Source of the DNA: a virus
Lineage: Duplodnaviria; Heunggongvirae; Uroviricota; Caudoviricetes
Reading direction: 5' to 3' (one strand)
IMG/VR virus record: IMGVR_UViG_3300025011_000017
DNA: 55,461 nt
Made by a program: the position numbers and the translations under genes. The notes below the pieces were generated by a model. The model saw only the letters and a list, made by a program, of their open reading frames with translations. It was not told where the DNA came from and did not search any database. Position 1 is the stretch's first letter, and each line of letters starts with the position of its first letter. Of this stretch, positions 40,757 to 50,677 are shown one piece after another.

Positions 40757-41692
40757 ATGGCACATTTAATAGAATCTATGTATTCAGCAGGTCGCGTTCC
40801 CACATGGCACGGTCTTGGAACTATGGTAGATGAAGCACCTGACAGCGAAAGAGCGTTGGTTATGGCAGGTCTTAATTGGAATGTCGTACCCAAACCTGTT
40901 ATGGTTGGTGGGATCGTAGTACCAAATTATGTGGCTAATGTGCGAGATTCTGATAACAGTGTTCTAGGTATTATTTCTGAAAAGTATAAGATAGTGCAAA
41001 ATAGCGAAGCGTTTTCTTTCACTGACGAACTTCTTAGATCCAGCGATGGAGAAATTAAGTATGAAACAGCAGGTAGTTTAGCAGGAGGTAAAAGAGTTTG
41101 GATGTTGGCTAAACTTCCAGAGATTGAACTGGTTGGAGATAGAACAACTCCTTATCTTGTCTTTACGAATTCTCATGATGGAAAAGGTTCGATAAAAGTT
41201 GCTATTACTCCAATTCGCGTAGTTTGCCAGAACACTTTGAACTTAGCTCTTGACAAAGCATCAAGAAGTTGGTCTGCAATACACACTGGAAATTTAGAAA
41301 ACAAATTGAACGAAGCACAGCGCACTCTTGGGATGGCAAATCAATATTTAAGCAATCTTAAAGAGCAAGCTGAATTATTAGTGAATAAATCAATTACGGA
41401 CAATGAAGTAGCTGATTATATTAAGTTCTTAATTGATATTCCAGATAATGCAAGTGATCGTAAAAAAGAAAATCTTAAAGAAATGAGAAAGGGTTTAATT
41501 AGAAGATATACTCAAGCAGAAGATATTGCGAAGTTTAGAGGGAATTTTTGGGGCTTTTTGAATGCGACATCGGATTTTGCAACGCATTCTGCACCATTAA
41601 GATCAACTCCAACCTTTCAAGAAAAATTATTTGAGAAAACAATTAATGGTAATCCTTTAATAGATCGAGCATTTGAATTGTTTGCGGCATAA
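40757..41692 (+). CDS. DUF932 family phage/plasmid protein
   Basis: WHGLG, YETAGSL, NSHDG, TPIRVVCQNTL. Confidence 0.9.
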   Translation: MAHLIESMYSAGRVPTWHGLGTMVDEAPDSERALVMAGLNWNVVPKPVMVGGIVVPNYVANVRDSDNSVLGIISEKYKIVQNSEAFSFTDELLRSSDGEIKYETAGSLAGGKRVWMLAKLPEIELVGDRTTPYLVFTNSHDGKGSIKVAITPIRVVCQNTLNLALDKASRSWSAIHTGNLENKLNEAQRTLGMANQYLSNLKEQAELLVNKSITDNEVADYIKFLIDIPDNASDRKKENLKEMRKGLIRRYTQAEDIAKFRGNFWGFLNATSDFATHSAPLRSTPTFQEKLFEKTINGNPLIDRAFELFAA

Positions 41693-41734
41693 AATTTTAA
41701 AAAAGGAAAAAGGAGAGGGCAACCTCTCCTTTAA

Positions 41735-42442
41735 GTGAGGACAATGTATGAAGAAAATATAGAAAGAATATTTTATGATGATTGTAGAGAAAAGAAAAGA
41801 ACTGGAAATGGCGTTCATCATAGAGCTTTAAGGCTAAGAAAACATGAACATGTAGTTTTTGCAAATCTAAATCAGTTTGATAATAAACGCATTAGAGGAG
41901 CAGGAGTAATTAGAATAATGACTATTAAGGAGATGGAAATTATGGATATAATGGAAGAAATTTCAAAAGGTATCATTCCAAATACTGAAGAAATTGATAA
42001 ATTAGAATTTGATATTGCTCAAAAGGTTATTGCAGAATTAAGGAGGTTATATAGCAGTAAGGAGTTACAGCAAGCATGGAGTAATATGGCTGGCAATAAT
42101 AAGTTAAATGATTATTGTCTTAAATATCAAGTTGCAAAAGATAGGAGTAAAAATGTATTTGTGGGAGAGGAAGCATTAAAGTATGCTTCTAGATTTAAGA
42201 ATAACAAAAATCATTTAGATGAAATTAAAGAAGTAGTAATAGATCAAGAGGTTGAAGTTAATGAGCAATACGAAGAAATATCTAAAGATCCTGAAATTAT
42301 AATAAAAGAACAATATTCTTTTATGAATTTAAAAAAGATATATACGGCACAACAACTAATTAATTTCTTAGAAAGATTGACATTGTTTATTAATGAGGAT
42401 TCGAAATACGAAATTGATATTATACTTAAAGAAATTGAATAG
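41735..42442 (+). CDS. Hypothetical protein
   Basis: 235-aa ORF. Confidence 0.65.
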   Translation: MRTMYEENIERIFYDDCREKKRTGNGVHHRALRLRKHEHVVFANLNQFDNKRIRGAGVIRIMTIKEMEIMDIMEEISKGIIPNTEEIDKLEFDIAQKVIAELRRLYSSKELQQAWSNMAGNNKLNDYCLKYQVAKDRSKNVFVGEEALKYASRFKNNKNHLDEIKEVVIDQEVEVNEQYEEISKDPEIIIKEQYSFMNLKKIYTAQQLINFLERLTLFINEDSKYEIDIILKEIE

Positions 42443-42625
42443 ATTAACCAAAAGCACTAATTATTTAGTGCTTTTAGTTATAAATAGGGTATTATATGCA
42501 TATAATATTAAATGAAAAGTAACATATTAAAATGGAGAATATTGTCGTAAAAAGAAGGTTATTTAATTGACACATCTTTTTTATTATGTTATACTTTATA
42601 TAAAAAAAGAAAGGGAGTTTTAAAT

Positions 42626-42898
42626 ATGAATTATTATTCTTTTAATATGAATAAATATTATTCAAAAAATAATTTAGAAAAACTTGTAAATCATTTTGGT
42701 AAAACTATGTCTCCATTAAACTCTGTAATTGAAGCGAAAAAATTTTTTACGAATCCTAATTTCGATATTAATTTAATTAATATCTTAGATTTAAAAAGAG
42801 CTTATGGAAGACGTTTAAACGTAAAAGACAATGAGGCAAAAGATGTTATTAAGGAAATAATAATTTCTAATGGAAGAGTAAAAATTGGTGCAAAATAA
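42626..42898 (+). CDS. Hypothetical protein
   Basis: Promoter and RBS. Confidence 0.65.
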   Translation: MNYYSFNMNKYYSKNNLEKLVNHFGKTMSPLNSVIEAKKFFTNPNFDINLINILDLKRAYGRRLNVKDNEAKDVIKEIIISNGRVKIGAK

Positions 42899-42969
42899 TT
42901 AAAGTAATGTATATTTTTAGTATGGTTTGCATATACTACTAGTAAATCATATTAAAAGGGGGAAATAAA

Positions 42970-43902
42970 ATGGAAATGGAATCTATATTATTAAAAATGG
43001 AGGAATATCCTAAGCCTATTGGAGAATGGTCTAACGAGGATGCAGATAATTTCCTTAAAAATATTATTAAATCTACTTCGGCAAATACTATTCAATTATA
43101 TATCCATCTAATGCGTCAAGCTCATAAGTTTGTTTGCAATATACAGGGGAAAAATTATGTACAATTAAATCCTACCCATAGTTTAGAAGATTATGTAGAT
43201 TTAAATATGTTGCGTTCAGTAACATTGACAGAATACGAGTTCAATCAAGTAAGAAAAGAACTTAAATATGTTGATAATGATACTGAAGGGAATTACCGTG
43301 ATGTTGCTTTATTTGAATTAGCGTGGTATGGATTGAGTTCAGAAGAAATTAAATTTTTAAAAAAGGATGATATTAAAGAAACGGAGAAAGGAATTATTAT
43401 TGAAATATATAAAACTAAGAAAGGAGAAAAAGATAAAAAAGAACCAACAAGAGTACTAAATAGATCTATTATTATTGATGATCCTGAAATTGTAAAAGAT
43501 ATCTTAATGGCGAAGAAAGAAAATAGATATTATAAAGTTAGAAATTATGAAAGTAAAGATTTAATCATAGTAGATGAGATATATTATATCCCCAGTCCTT
43601 ATTTAATCAGAGGAATTAATAATGTAAAAGCAGATAAATTAAAAGAAAGGAAGGATAAACCAATTGCTCATATAGGTATGTTGATGTATAAACAACTAAA
43701 AAAGATTCAACTACCAGAAATTAATATAGATTTTGAACATCTTTCTGTTGAAGATATACGAAGATCAATGTTAATTAATCTTATTTTAAAAGAAGAGATT
43801 CCTATCTATTCTCTTAAAGTTATGCTGAATAAAAAAAGAGATGGAGATTTAATTTGGTTAAAATCAATTACGGATAAAATGGTTAAAGCAGGATTATTGT
43901 AA
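42970..43902 (+). CDS. Degenerate tyrosine-recombinase-fold protein (YopR-like regulator candidate)
   Basis: RDVALFELAWYGLSSEEIKFLK and EDIRRS boxes; catalytic Arg, His and Tyr not recognisable. Confidence 0.65.
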   Translation: MEMESILLKMEEYPKPIGEWSNEDADNFLKNIIKSTSANTIQLYIHLMRQAHKFVCNIQGKNYVQLNPTHSLEDYVDLNMLRSVTLTEYEFNQVRKELKYVDNDTEGNYRDVALFELAWYGLSSEEIKFLKKDDIKETEKGIIIEIYKTKKGEKDKKEPTRVLNRSIIIDDPEIVKDILMAKKENRYYKVRNYESKDLIIVDEIYYIPSPYLIRGINNVKADKLKERKDKPIAHIGMLMYKQLKKIQLPEINIDFEHLSVEDIRRSMLINLILKEEIPIYSLKVMLNKKRDGDLIWLKSITDKMVKAGLL

Positions 43903-44342
43903 TTGCCAGATTAAAATCTGGTATTTTTTTCTTTATTTTTCGACAAAATATTACATTAATATATCTTGACACATTAGTTCTATTTTGATATCATTGTGAA
44001 TATAAGAATTAAGTAAAAGAAGAGGGGAAATACATTTGCCAAATATTAATAAAAAGTATATCTACATATTCAGAATTAATGACGGAAATAGTACAAAAAT
44101 TTTTTCGGGAAAAGAATTGTCTCAAAGTGAATTAAGAAAATATAGAAAAACAATTGCAAGGTCTAGAAATATTCCCATTGAATCTGTGTCGGACGGTGTT
44201 TGTCAAGATTAAAATAATATAAATAGTATGTATAACAAAACATCATATTAAAATAACAACAAAAGTTGTTATTTTAATATATACAAGAGTAAAGTAATGT
44301 GGTATACTAAGGATATAAAATTAATTAAAAGAGGTGTAATAA

Positions 44343-44600
44343 ATGAAAAAAAGAATACCTTATTTATTTTATAAACGCGGAGATTATATTAATAATCCCA
44401 AAATTAATCAATTAGTATGGTGTTGTTATTCTAATTATATTGATATGAGAGTTGTTATAATTACTGGTGGGTCATATATGCGTTGGTGCTGGAAAGAAGT
44501 TTTTGAAGATGGTACTTTAGGTAACGAAGAGAGCGGAAGTGGACATTTTTATCAATATTATGGTAATTATAGTATTGAAACTAAAGTTATATTAAAATAA
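44343..44600 (+). CDS. Hypothetical protein
   Basis: RBS GAGGTG. Confidence 0.6.
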   Translation: MKKRIPYLFYKRGDYINNPKINQLVWCCYSNYIDMRVVIITGGSYMRWCWKEVFEDGTLGNEESGSGHFYQYYGNYSIETKVILK

Positions 44601-44644
44601 AATAAACATAGAAAAATATTTTATCGTATGTAAGGAGAAAAATA

Positions 44645-44839
44645 TTGAAGGTATTAGAAAAGTATTATACTAGCCATGGTTCCTATCAAGGGTTTTATAT
44701 TTTAGTATTTAAAACTAAATTGTTCTCTTTAAGTTGGTTTACAGATTGTGGTTCGTGGTTTTTGTATATTACTTTAGGAAAAACATGGGTAAGATTTAGT
44801 GACGCAGGATTTATAAAAGGCAAACACAAGAGCATATAA
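44645..44839 (+). CDS. Hypothetical protein
   Basis: RBS AAGGAG. Confidence 0.55.
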   Translation: MKVLEKYYTSHGSYQGFYILVFKTKLFSLSWFTDCGSWFLYITLGKTWVRFSDAGFIKGKHKSI

Positions 44840-44873
44840 AATTTATCTATAATTAATTTTTGGAGGTAGTTTT

Positions 44874-45089
44874 ATGTTGATATTTATTTGGAGTATATTT
44901 TTTGGAATATTAATTTCATTTTCGATTTATATCTCTTCTAAGCCTAAAAAATTATGCAAACATGAATTTGAACTTATTGATACAGAGGAAAAAGAAACCT
45001 TTAATGGTTTTTATTCTGATGAATATTACTTATATACTTATCAATGTAAATTATGTTTTAAAACTAGACATGTTGTTATTTATAAATAA
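44874..45089 (+). CDS. Membrane-anchored protein with CxH...CxxC
   Basis: RBS GGAGG. Confidence 0.6.
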   Translation: MLIFIWSIFFGILISFSIYISSKPKKLCKHEFELIDTEEKETFNGFYSDEYYLYTYQCKLCFKTRHVVIYK

Positions 45090-45115
45090 ATGCGTAATTG
45101 GAGGAGGAAATAACG

Positions 45116-45673
45116 TTGAAAAAATATGATATTGGTTTGCTTGTAGGACGCTTTAATGTATTTCATATTGGTCACAAATCACTTGCAGATTTAGCTTTAA
45201 CGATGTGTAATAAACTGTTAATATTTGTAGGTTCTGCACAAGAAAAAGGAACTCTACGTAATCCATTTTGTGTTTAAACAAGAATGGAAGTAATTAGACA
45301 AATATATCCAGAAGATAATGTAATAATTAGACCATTGCCTGACTTAACGACAGAAGATGATATTACTCCAGTTTGGGGAAAATATGTATTAATTAAAGCG
45401 TATGAAGTTCTTGGAAAATTACCTAATATGATGGTCTATGGCAATGATGAGTGCAGGTCAGGTTGGTTTGATCCAGAAGATATTAAAGATATGGCTGAAA
45501 TAGTTATACCACGTTCGGGAATTCCAATTTCAGCTACTCAATTAAGACAATTAATGGTAGATGATAATTGGCAAGAGTGGTGTAAATATCATAGTCCAGA
45601 ATTGCATAAATATTTTAATCCTTTAAGATTTGAATTAATGGGCTGTAATGATTATAAAGGAATGAATCAATAA
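45116..45673 (+). pseudogene. NMN adenylyltransferase-like nucleotidyltransferase with one in-frame TAA
   Basis: GRFNVFHIGH, VGSAQ, RNPF, ISATQLR; TAA at 45275-45277, same frame continues. Confidence 0.85.
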
Positions 45674-45676
45674 AAA

Positions 45677-46264
45677 ATGAAAGAGGTAATTAAAATGCAA
45701 ATATCAAAACATGCAATTGAGCGTTATATTGAGCGTACAATGGGTAAAACTGGAGCTGATTTAAAATTATTTATTGTACAAAATGAGGACAGAATTATTG
45801 AGCAAATTCAAAAATTATTTGATAGTGCTACTTTGCTATATGAAGGTAGATTAAAAGATCATGGATATGCCCAATCTTTTCTTAATAAAAATGGATGGGT
45901 GTTAGTTTATGATTCTAAGAATGATACCATAATTACAATTTATAAAGTAGATTGTGGCCTAGATAATGAATTTAATCAAATGTATGTTGATAAATACAGG
46001 GATAAAATATTAACAATGTTAGAAGAACTAGATAATAAAAATAAATCATTAAAAAAAGATCAGGAGGAAATGAGTGAAAAAATATCATGCAATGAGCAAA
46101 TAATAAGTCAATTTGAACAACAAATTAATTTGCTTAAAAAAGAAAATACTCTGGATAAAGATTATATGCAATTAGAAAGAGAAAAGATTAACTTATTTGA
46201 AAAATATATTAAATCTGAAATTGAGAAATTTATTGGTAATCCATTTTTTAAGATACAAGCTTAA
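45677..46264 (+). CDS. Hypothetical protein with coiled coil
   Basis: ISKHAIERYIER motif. Confidence 0.7.
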   Translation: MKEVIKMQISKHAIERYIERTMGKTGADLKLFIVQNEDRIIEQIQKLFDSATLLYEGRLKDHGYAQSFLNKNGWVLVYDSKNDTIITIYKVDCGLDNEFNQMYVDKYRDKILTMLEELDNKNKSLKKDQEEMSEKISCNEQIISQFEQQINLLKKENTLDKDYMQLEREKINLFEKYIKSEIEKFIGNPFFKIQA

Positions 46265-46286
46265 AACTATAAAGGAGCGAGTTAAA

Positions 46287-46583
46287 ATGAAAGACACTAA
46301 AGTAGTCATTGAAGAAAGAAATAAAATGCAAGAATGTGTTAAAAAGATAAGGAAGGAAATTGATTATGTAAGACCTAATGGTTCATGGGATACTATTCCT
46401 GCCGAAATTAGAAGATATCTTGGAAATCTATATCAATTAAAATTAAATTATGAGAATCAGATTAAAGGCATTAATTTTTGTTTAAATGAAGATTCAGAAT
46501 TAGATGATTATTGTTGGAATTATAGAAATCGAGATAGTGAATTACGAGATATTGAAGAATTTTTATTTAAAAATACAAAATAA
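46287..46583 (+). CDS. Hypothetical protein
   Basis: RBS AAGGAG. Confidence 0.6.
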   Translation: MKDTKVVIEERNKMQECVKKIRKEIDYVRPNGSWDTIPAEIRRYLGNLYQLKLNYENQIKGINFCLNEDSELDDYCWNYRNRDSELRDIEEFLFKNTK

Positions 46584-46650
46584 AAAGGAATTTTTTATTA
46601 TGATACATGGTATTTATAAAGAATTTAGTGCTATTGAAAGGAGAAATATA

Positions 46651-46845
46651 ATGGAAATTATATTATCTAGAGAAAATGTTATGGATATAGTTCTCGAACA
46701 CATGAGAAATTTAGGATATCCTATAACTGGAAATATAATTACTCGTTGTGATAGGAATTCGTTGATACATGTTAGAGTTGAAGTTAGTGACCTTAGGTGT
46801 GTACTACCATCACAAAAACTCGTATTTGGGATAAAAGAGCGATAG
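46651..46845 (+). CDS. Hypothetical protein
   Basis: RBS AAAGGAG. Confidence 0.55.
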   Translation: MEIILSRENVMDIVLEHMRNLGYPITGNIITRCDRNSLIHVRVEVSDLRCVLPSQKLVFGIKER

Positions 46846-46881
46846 AATTGGGGTTTTATACCTCATAGAAAGTAGGTAAAA

Positions 46882-47214
46882 ATGAAAGATTTAATTGATT
46901 GGAAATTTGACTTTGGTGAAAATATAATTATTATCAAAGTGCAAAGTTTAAAGTGTAAATCTATAAAATATGAACATGTATATACTACTAATGAAAAATA
47001 CCCATATTGTCATGAAGATGTGGTTGAAATGAAGAAAATTCGTAATGAATTGCGTGAAAAAGTGTCAAAAGAACATGAAAATATGCTTAGTGATTCAGAA
47101 CGAACTTTAAGGGATTTAATTTACGAAAGCGAACATTCTAAAGGTATTTTGACAACAGAAAAATTTATTAAGGAATACAGGAAAGAATTAATAAAATTAC
47201 TTAAAAGACTATAG
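46882..47214 (+). CDS. Hypothetical protein bounded by two repeat sites
   Basis: RBS AGGT. Confidence 0.65.
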   Translation: MKDLIDWKFDFGENIIIIKVQSLKCKSIKYEHVYTTNEKYPYCHEDVVEMKKIRNELREKVSKEHENMLSDSERTLRDLIYESEHSKGILTTEKFIKEYRKELIKLLKRL

Positions 47215-47263
47215 AATGTGAGTTCTATCTCCATAAAATATCTTATAAAGGAGAATTAGCAAA

Positions 47264-47500
47264 ATGAGATTTGATGAATGTAAAACATGTTTAAGTAGAG
47301 AGAAGGTAATAAGAAAAGTATCTGGAAATAATTGTGGACTATGTACTTCAGACGCTCTTTTGTGGACACCAAATCCTATCAAAATGATCGAAAAGCTTAA
47401 TGAAGATATAAATAATTTAATTGTTGAGCGAGATAAATATTTACGAGAAGTTGAGATAATTAATAAGTATGGTTTTTTGGTTACAAAGGTGCGAAATTAG
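47264..47500 (+). CDS. Hypothetical protein
   Basis: RBS AAGGAG. Confidence 0.6.
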   Translation: MRFDECKTCLSREKVIRKVSGNNCGLCTSDALLWTPNPIKMIEKLNEDINNLIVERDKYLREVEIINKYGFLVTKVRN

Positions 47501-47537
47501 GTTGGTGTAATCATAATGGAAGGAAGTCTAAATTTAA

Positions 47538-48182
47538 ATGAAATATGTTAAATATCCAAGAACTTTACATTTACCATGGTCTTTAGGTGTAACTAATGAT
47601 GATAAAGTTCTGAAAGATATATCACATTTTATTGGAAAAAGAGTGATTGTTACTGAGAAAATGGATGGAGAGAATTCAACTCTCTATCCAGATTATCTTC
47701 ATGCTAGATCAATTGATAGTAAGGATCATCCTTCTAGACATTGGTTAAAACAGTTGCATAGCTATGTAAAAGATGAAATACCTGAAGGATGGAGAGTATG
47801 TGGGGAGAATGTATTTGCTGAACATTCTATAAAATATGACTCTTTGTCTGCACATTTTATAGTATTTTCTATTTGGGACAATATGAATATCTGTTTATCT
47901 TGGGACGAAACTATTAAATGGATAAAATATCTAGGGTTGAATATTGTCCCAATTCTTTATGATGGAATATGGGATGAAAAGAAAATTAAAGAATGTTTTT
48001 TAGGTAAGTCAAAATTTGGGCAGGAACAAGAAGGATATGTAGTTAGACTTGCAGATTCATTTCATTATGATGGTTTTAGTAAAAGAGTTGCTAAATTTGT
48101 TAGAAAAAATCATGTACAGACAGATGATCATTGGATGCAAAAAGAATTAGTTGTAAATAAATTAATTAAAGGAGTGAATTAA
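47538..48182 (+). CDS. RNA ligase family protein
   Basis: KYPRT, TEKMDGEN, GEN, EGYVVR, AKFVR. Confidence 0.9.
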   Translation: MKYVKYPRTLHLPWSLGVTNDDKVLKDISHFIGKRVIVTEKMDGENSTLYPDYLHARSIDSKDHPSRHWLKQLHSYVKDEIPEGWRVCGENVFAEHSIKYDSLSAHFIVFSIWDNMNICLSWDETIKWIKYLGLNIVPILYDGIWDEKKIKECFLGKSKFGQEQEGYVVRLADSFHYDGFSKRVAKFVRKNHVQTDDHWMQKELVVNKLIKGVN

Positions 48183-48432
48183 TTGCCAGATATTATATAG
48201 AAACAAAATATAAAACTAATGATAAGAGGGAAGAGGTAAAAAATATATGCCTGACATAGCTAAATGCGAAGCTAAAAAATGTCCTAATAAATAAGGAGAG
48301 TTGTTATAGATATACAGCTATCCCTTCATATTATCAATCATATTTTGTTAACTTAGATTGGGGAGATGGAGAAGAAAATCCTTGTCCTTATTATTGGCCT
48401 AATGTATAAACAGTTATTGAGAGGTGAAATAA

Positions 48433-48639
48433 ATGTCGTTTATTAATATAAATAAAGTCACTTTAAATCATGAGAATGACGATGTTAGAAATCGCATGGG
48501 CGATGTAATGCTTTTATGTGCTTCACTTGTTTATGATGATCTGGTAAGAATAAAATACAAAGAAGCATTAAATGGTTTAAGCATGTTGAAGTCTTCTATT
48601 AATTCTCTAGAATATGTTTTAATGAAAGAATGTGATTGA
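48433..48639 (+). CDS. Hypothetical protein
   Basis: RBS GAGGTG. Confidence 0.55.
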   Translation: MSFININKVTLNHENDDVRNRMGDVMLLCASLVYDDLVRIKYKEALNGLSMLKSSINSLEYVLMKECD

Positions 48640-48974
48640 TAATGAGCAAAGAAGGATTACATTATCCTTTATATGTCGAAAGACCTAGTAAACAAATTGA
48701 TATAACCAAAGATCAATTTTACAAGCTTAGTTATATGGGATTAGCGTGTTTATGGTGTAGTTATGGTTTGGCTTTTCATTATCTTGAAAATGGAGATATT
48801 AAATTGTTTACTCATAATATTAGTTTGGTAGATAAATGTATGAATAATCATAGATTTAAAGGTATAATTTGGTACGAAAATGCGTCTACGGAGATGTATA
48901 TTTGCTATATACTTAAAGAATCAAAATTATTTAATACAATTATTAAATATTTTAGTGATTATTTAATGAAGTAG
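48636..48974 (+). CDS. Hypothetical protein
   Basis: Coupled ORF. Confidence 0.55.
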   Translation: MIMSKEGLHYPLYVERPSKQIDITKDQFYKLSYMGLACLWCSYGLAFHYLENGDIKLFTHNISLVDKCMNNHRFKGIIWYENASTEMYICYILKESKLFNTIIKYFSDYLMK

Positions 48975-49007
48975 AATTTTAATTCTATATTAATGGAGGA
49001 AGATAAT

Positions 49008-49862
49008 ATGAAATTAAAATGCAATTGTTGTGATGGTATTTATAATTCTCTTGATATTCATTTTACAAGTTCTTGTGACAATAGTTGTTCTCATTGTGTA
49101 GATAAATGTTTCAATGGTTTAAATATTTCTAAACCAGATGTTAAAGCAATCGTTAATACAATTATAAATAATCGAGAGGGTATAGATGATGTATTATTTC
49201 TTGGAGGAGAACCATGTTTATATCTTGATGAATTATTAGATTGTGTTTCACAAATTAAACAAAAAACTTCATTAAAAGTATTTGTTACTACTTCTGTTCC
49301 TAAAGTATGTAAAACAAATTATGATAAGTTTTTAAGATTATTAGATTTGCTTGATGGAATAAATTTATCAGTTCAACATTATAAAGAAAATGTGGCTGAT
49401 AAAATAAGAAATACAATTTCAACATATGATCGACAAGCTTTTTATAATTCTCTTCCTCAAAAGGATAAAATACGAATAAATTTAAATATTGTTAAGCCAT
49501 ATTTATATACTAAAGAAGATATTAGTGAATGTTTGAGACATTATGATTCAATGGGATTTAATTCTATTAAATTATCTGAAATACAACATGGTAAGGATGT
49601 ATTTGTTTCATTTGAAAATGTGTTTGGAATCTCTTTAAAATCACCATATTCGGATGGATGTCAAACATATTTAAATATGAATGAAATATTAGAAGGATTC
49701 AAAACTCCAGTTTTGTTAAAAAGATCATGCTTTATGTGCGAAGATACTTTAAAAGCCACTTTTAACGATGGTATTAAAGTAATTAGAAATTTATTTAAAC
49801 CAGTCGAAAATAAATATGGTGTAATTTATGAAAATGGGTTATTAACGAAAGGATGGATATAA
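49008..49862 (+). CDS. Radical SAM protein
   Basis: CDNSCSHC, GGEP; extra Cys CNCC and CFMC; RBS GGAGG. Confidence 0.92.
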   Translation: MKLKCNCCDGIYNSLDIHFTSSCDNSCSHCVDKCFNGLNISKPDVKAIVNTIINNREGIDDVLFLGGEPCLYLDELLDCVSQIKQKTSLKVFVTTSVPKVCKTNYDKFLRLLDLLDGINLSVQHYKENVADKIRNTISTYDRQAFYNSLPQKDKIRINLNIVKPYLYTKEDISECLRHYDSMGFNSIKLSEIQHGKDVFVSFENVFGISLKSPYSDGCQTYLNMNEILEGFKTPVLLKRSCFMCEDTLKATFNDGIKVIRNLFKPVENKYGVIYENGLLTKGWI

Positions 49863-49864
49863 TT

Positions 49865-49960
49865 ATGTACACAAAATTAGTAAAAATGATAGTTAAATTA
49901 CAAAGGCAGATGGCAGGACATTGTGGAGGAAGTTCTAGTGGTAGCGGTCATTGTTCGTAA
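49865..49960 (+). CDS. 31-aa putative RiPP precursor (not in ORF track)
   Basis: MYTKLVKMIVKLQRQMAGHCGGSSSGSGHCS; RBS AAAGGA; 2 nt after the radical SAM stop. Confidence 0.7.
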   Translation: MYTKLVKMIVKLQRQMAGHCGGSSSGSGHCS

Positions 49961-49980
49961 AAAATTAAAGGAGGTTTAAT

Positions 49981-50343
49981 ATGAAAATTGTAAAAAATCT
50001 TGTACAAAATAAAGAACCTATTTATATAGTTAAAATGTGTGGAGATTATAACGATGGAGATTATTCGTATTCTGAAGAAAAATTTACCGAATCAGAATTT
50101 AATGAAGTATCAGAGTGTTTATTAGAAGTCAATAAATTAGTAGGAAGAGATTATTTTAATGGGAATTATGGTTATGAAGATGTAGATGAGCATATTAGAG
50201 AGTTAAAAAGAAAATACAAAGTGGACTTTGATTTTCCTCTTGGAGATTCTGTATTAGATTATCCAATTTATAGTTTAGAAAGTTTAGAAATTGAATATAT
50301 TGATATCGATGGAAGGATATATGATATTGTTTTAGAAGACTAA
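49981..50343 (+). CDS. Hypothetical acidic protein
   Basis: RBS GGAGG; DYNDGDY. Confidence 0.7.
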   Translation: MKIVKNLVQNKEPIYIVKMCGDYNDGDYSYSEEKFTESEFNEVSECLLEVNKLVGRDYFNGNYGYEDVDEHIRELKRKYKVDFDFPLGDSVLDYPIYSLESLEIEYIDIDGRIYDIVLED

Positions 50344-50365
50344 TGTAATATTTAATTTTGAAAGG

Positions 50366-50644
50366 ATGATAAAAATGGAAAAAGATGTAGTAGTAGGTCA
50401 ATTAGCTCAAAATATTAAAGGTAAAGAATGGTTATATTGTGTTGTTACTAAAGTTTTTGATGATAGATGCGAAGTAATAAATGAACGCGGAAAAATTACA
50501 ATGGTAATGTTAAATAATACTGACGAGGAATTTACGGAAAAACATATTTCTGATGGCGAGGTACACTTTCTTTATCATAATAATAAACCTGTAATGGCAA
50601 AGAAAAGTATATTTGGAAGATATAAATTTGAGGTAAATAAGTAA
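50366..50644 (+). CDS. Hypothetical protein
   Basis: RBS AAAGGA. Confidence 0.6.
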   Translation: MIKMEKDVVVGQLAQNIKGKEWLYCVVTKVFDDRCEVINERGKITMVMLNNTDEEFTEKHISDGEVHFLYHNNKPVMAKKSIFGRYKFEVNK

Positions 50645-50677
50645 TAAAATTCCGATTCTATAACAAAAAGGAGTAAA

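Noticed and set aside
42970-43902. Second active integrase
   Set aside because: Catalytic Arg position reads GLS, and no HxxR or catalytic Tyr is recognisable
45275-45277. Alternative genetic code or stop read-through
   Set aside because: Single case; TAA, TAG and TGA end genes normally elsewhere and no suppressor tRNA is seen
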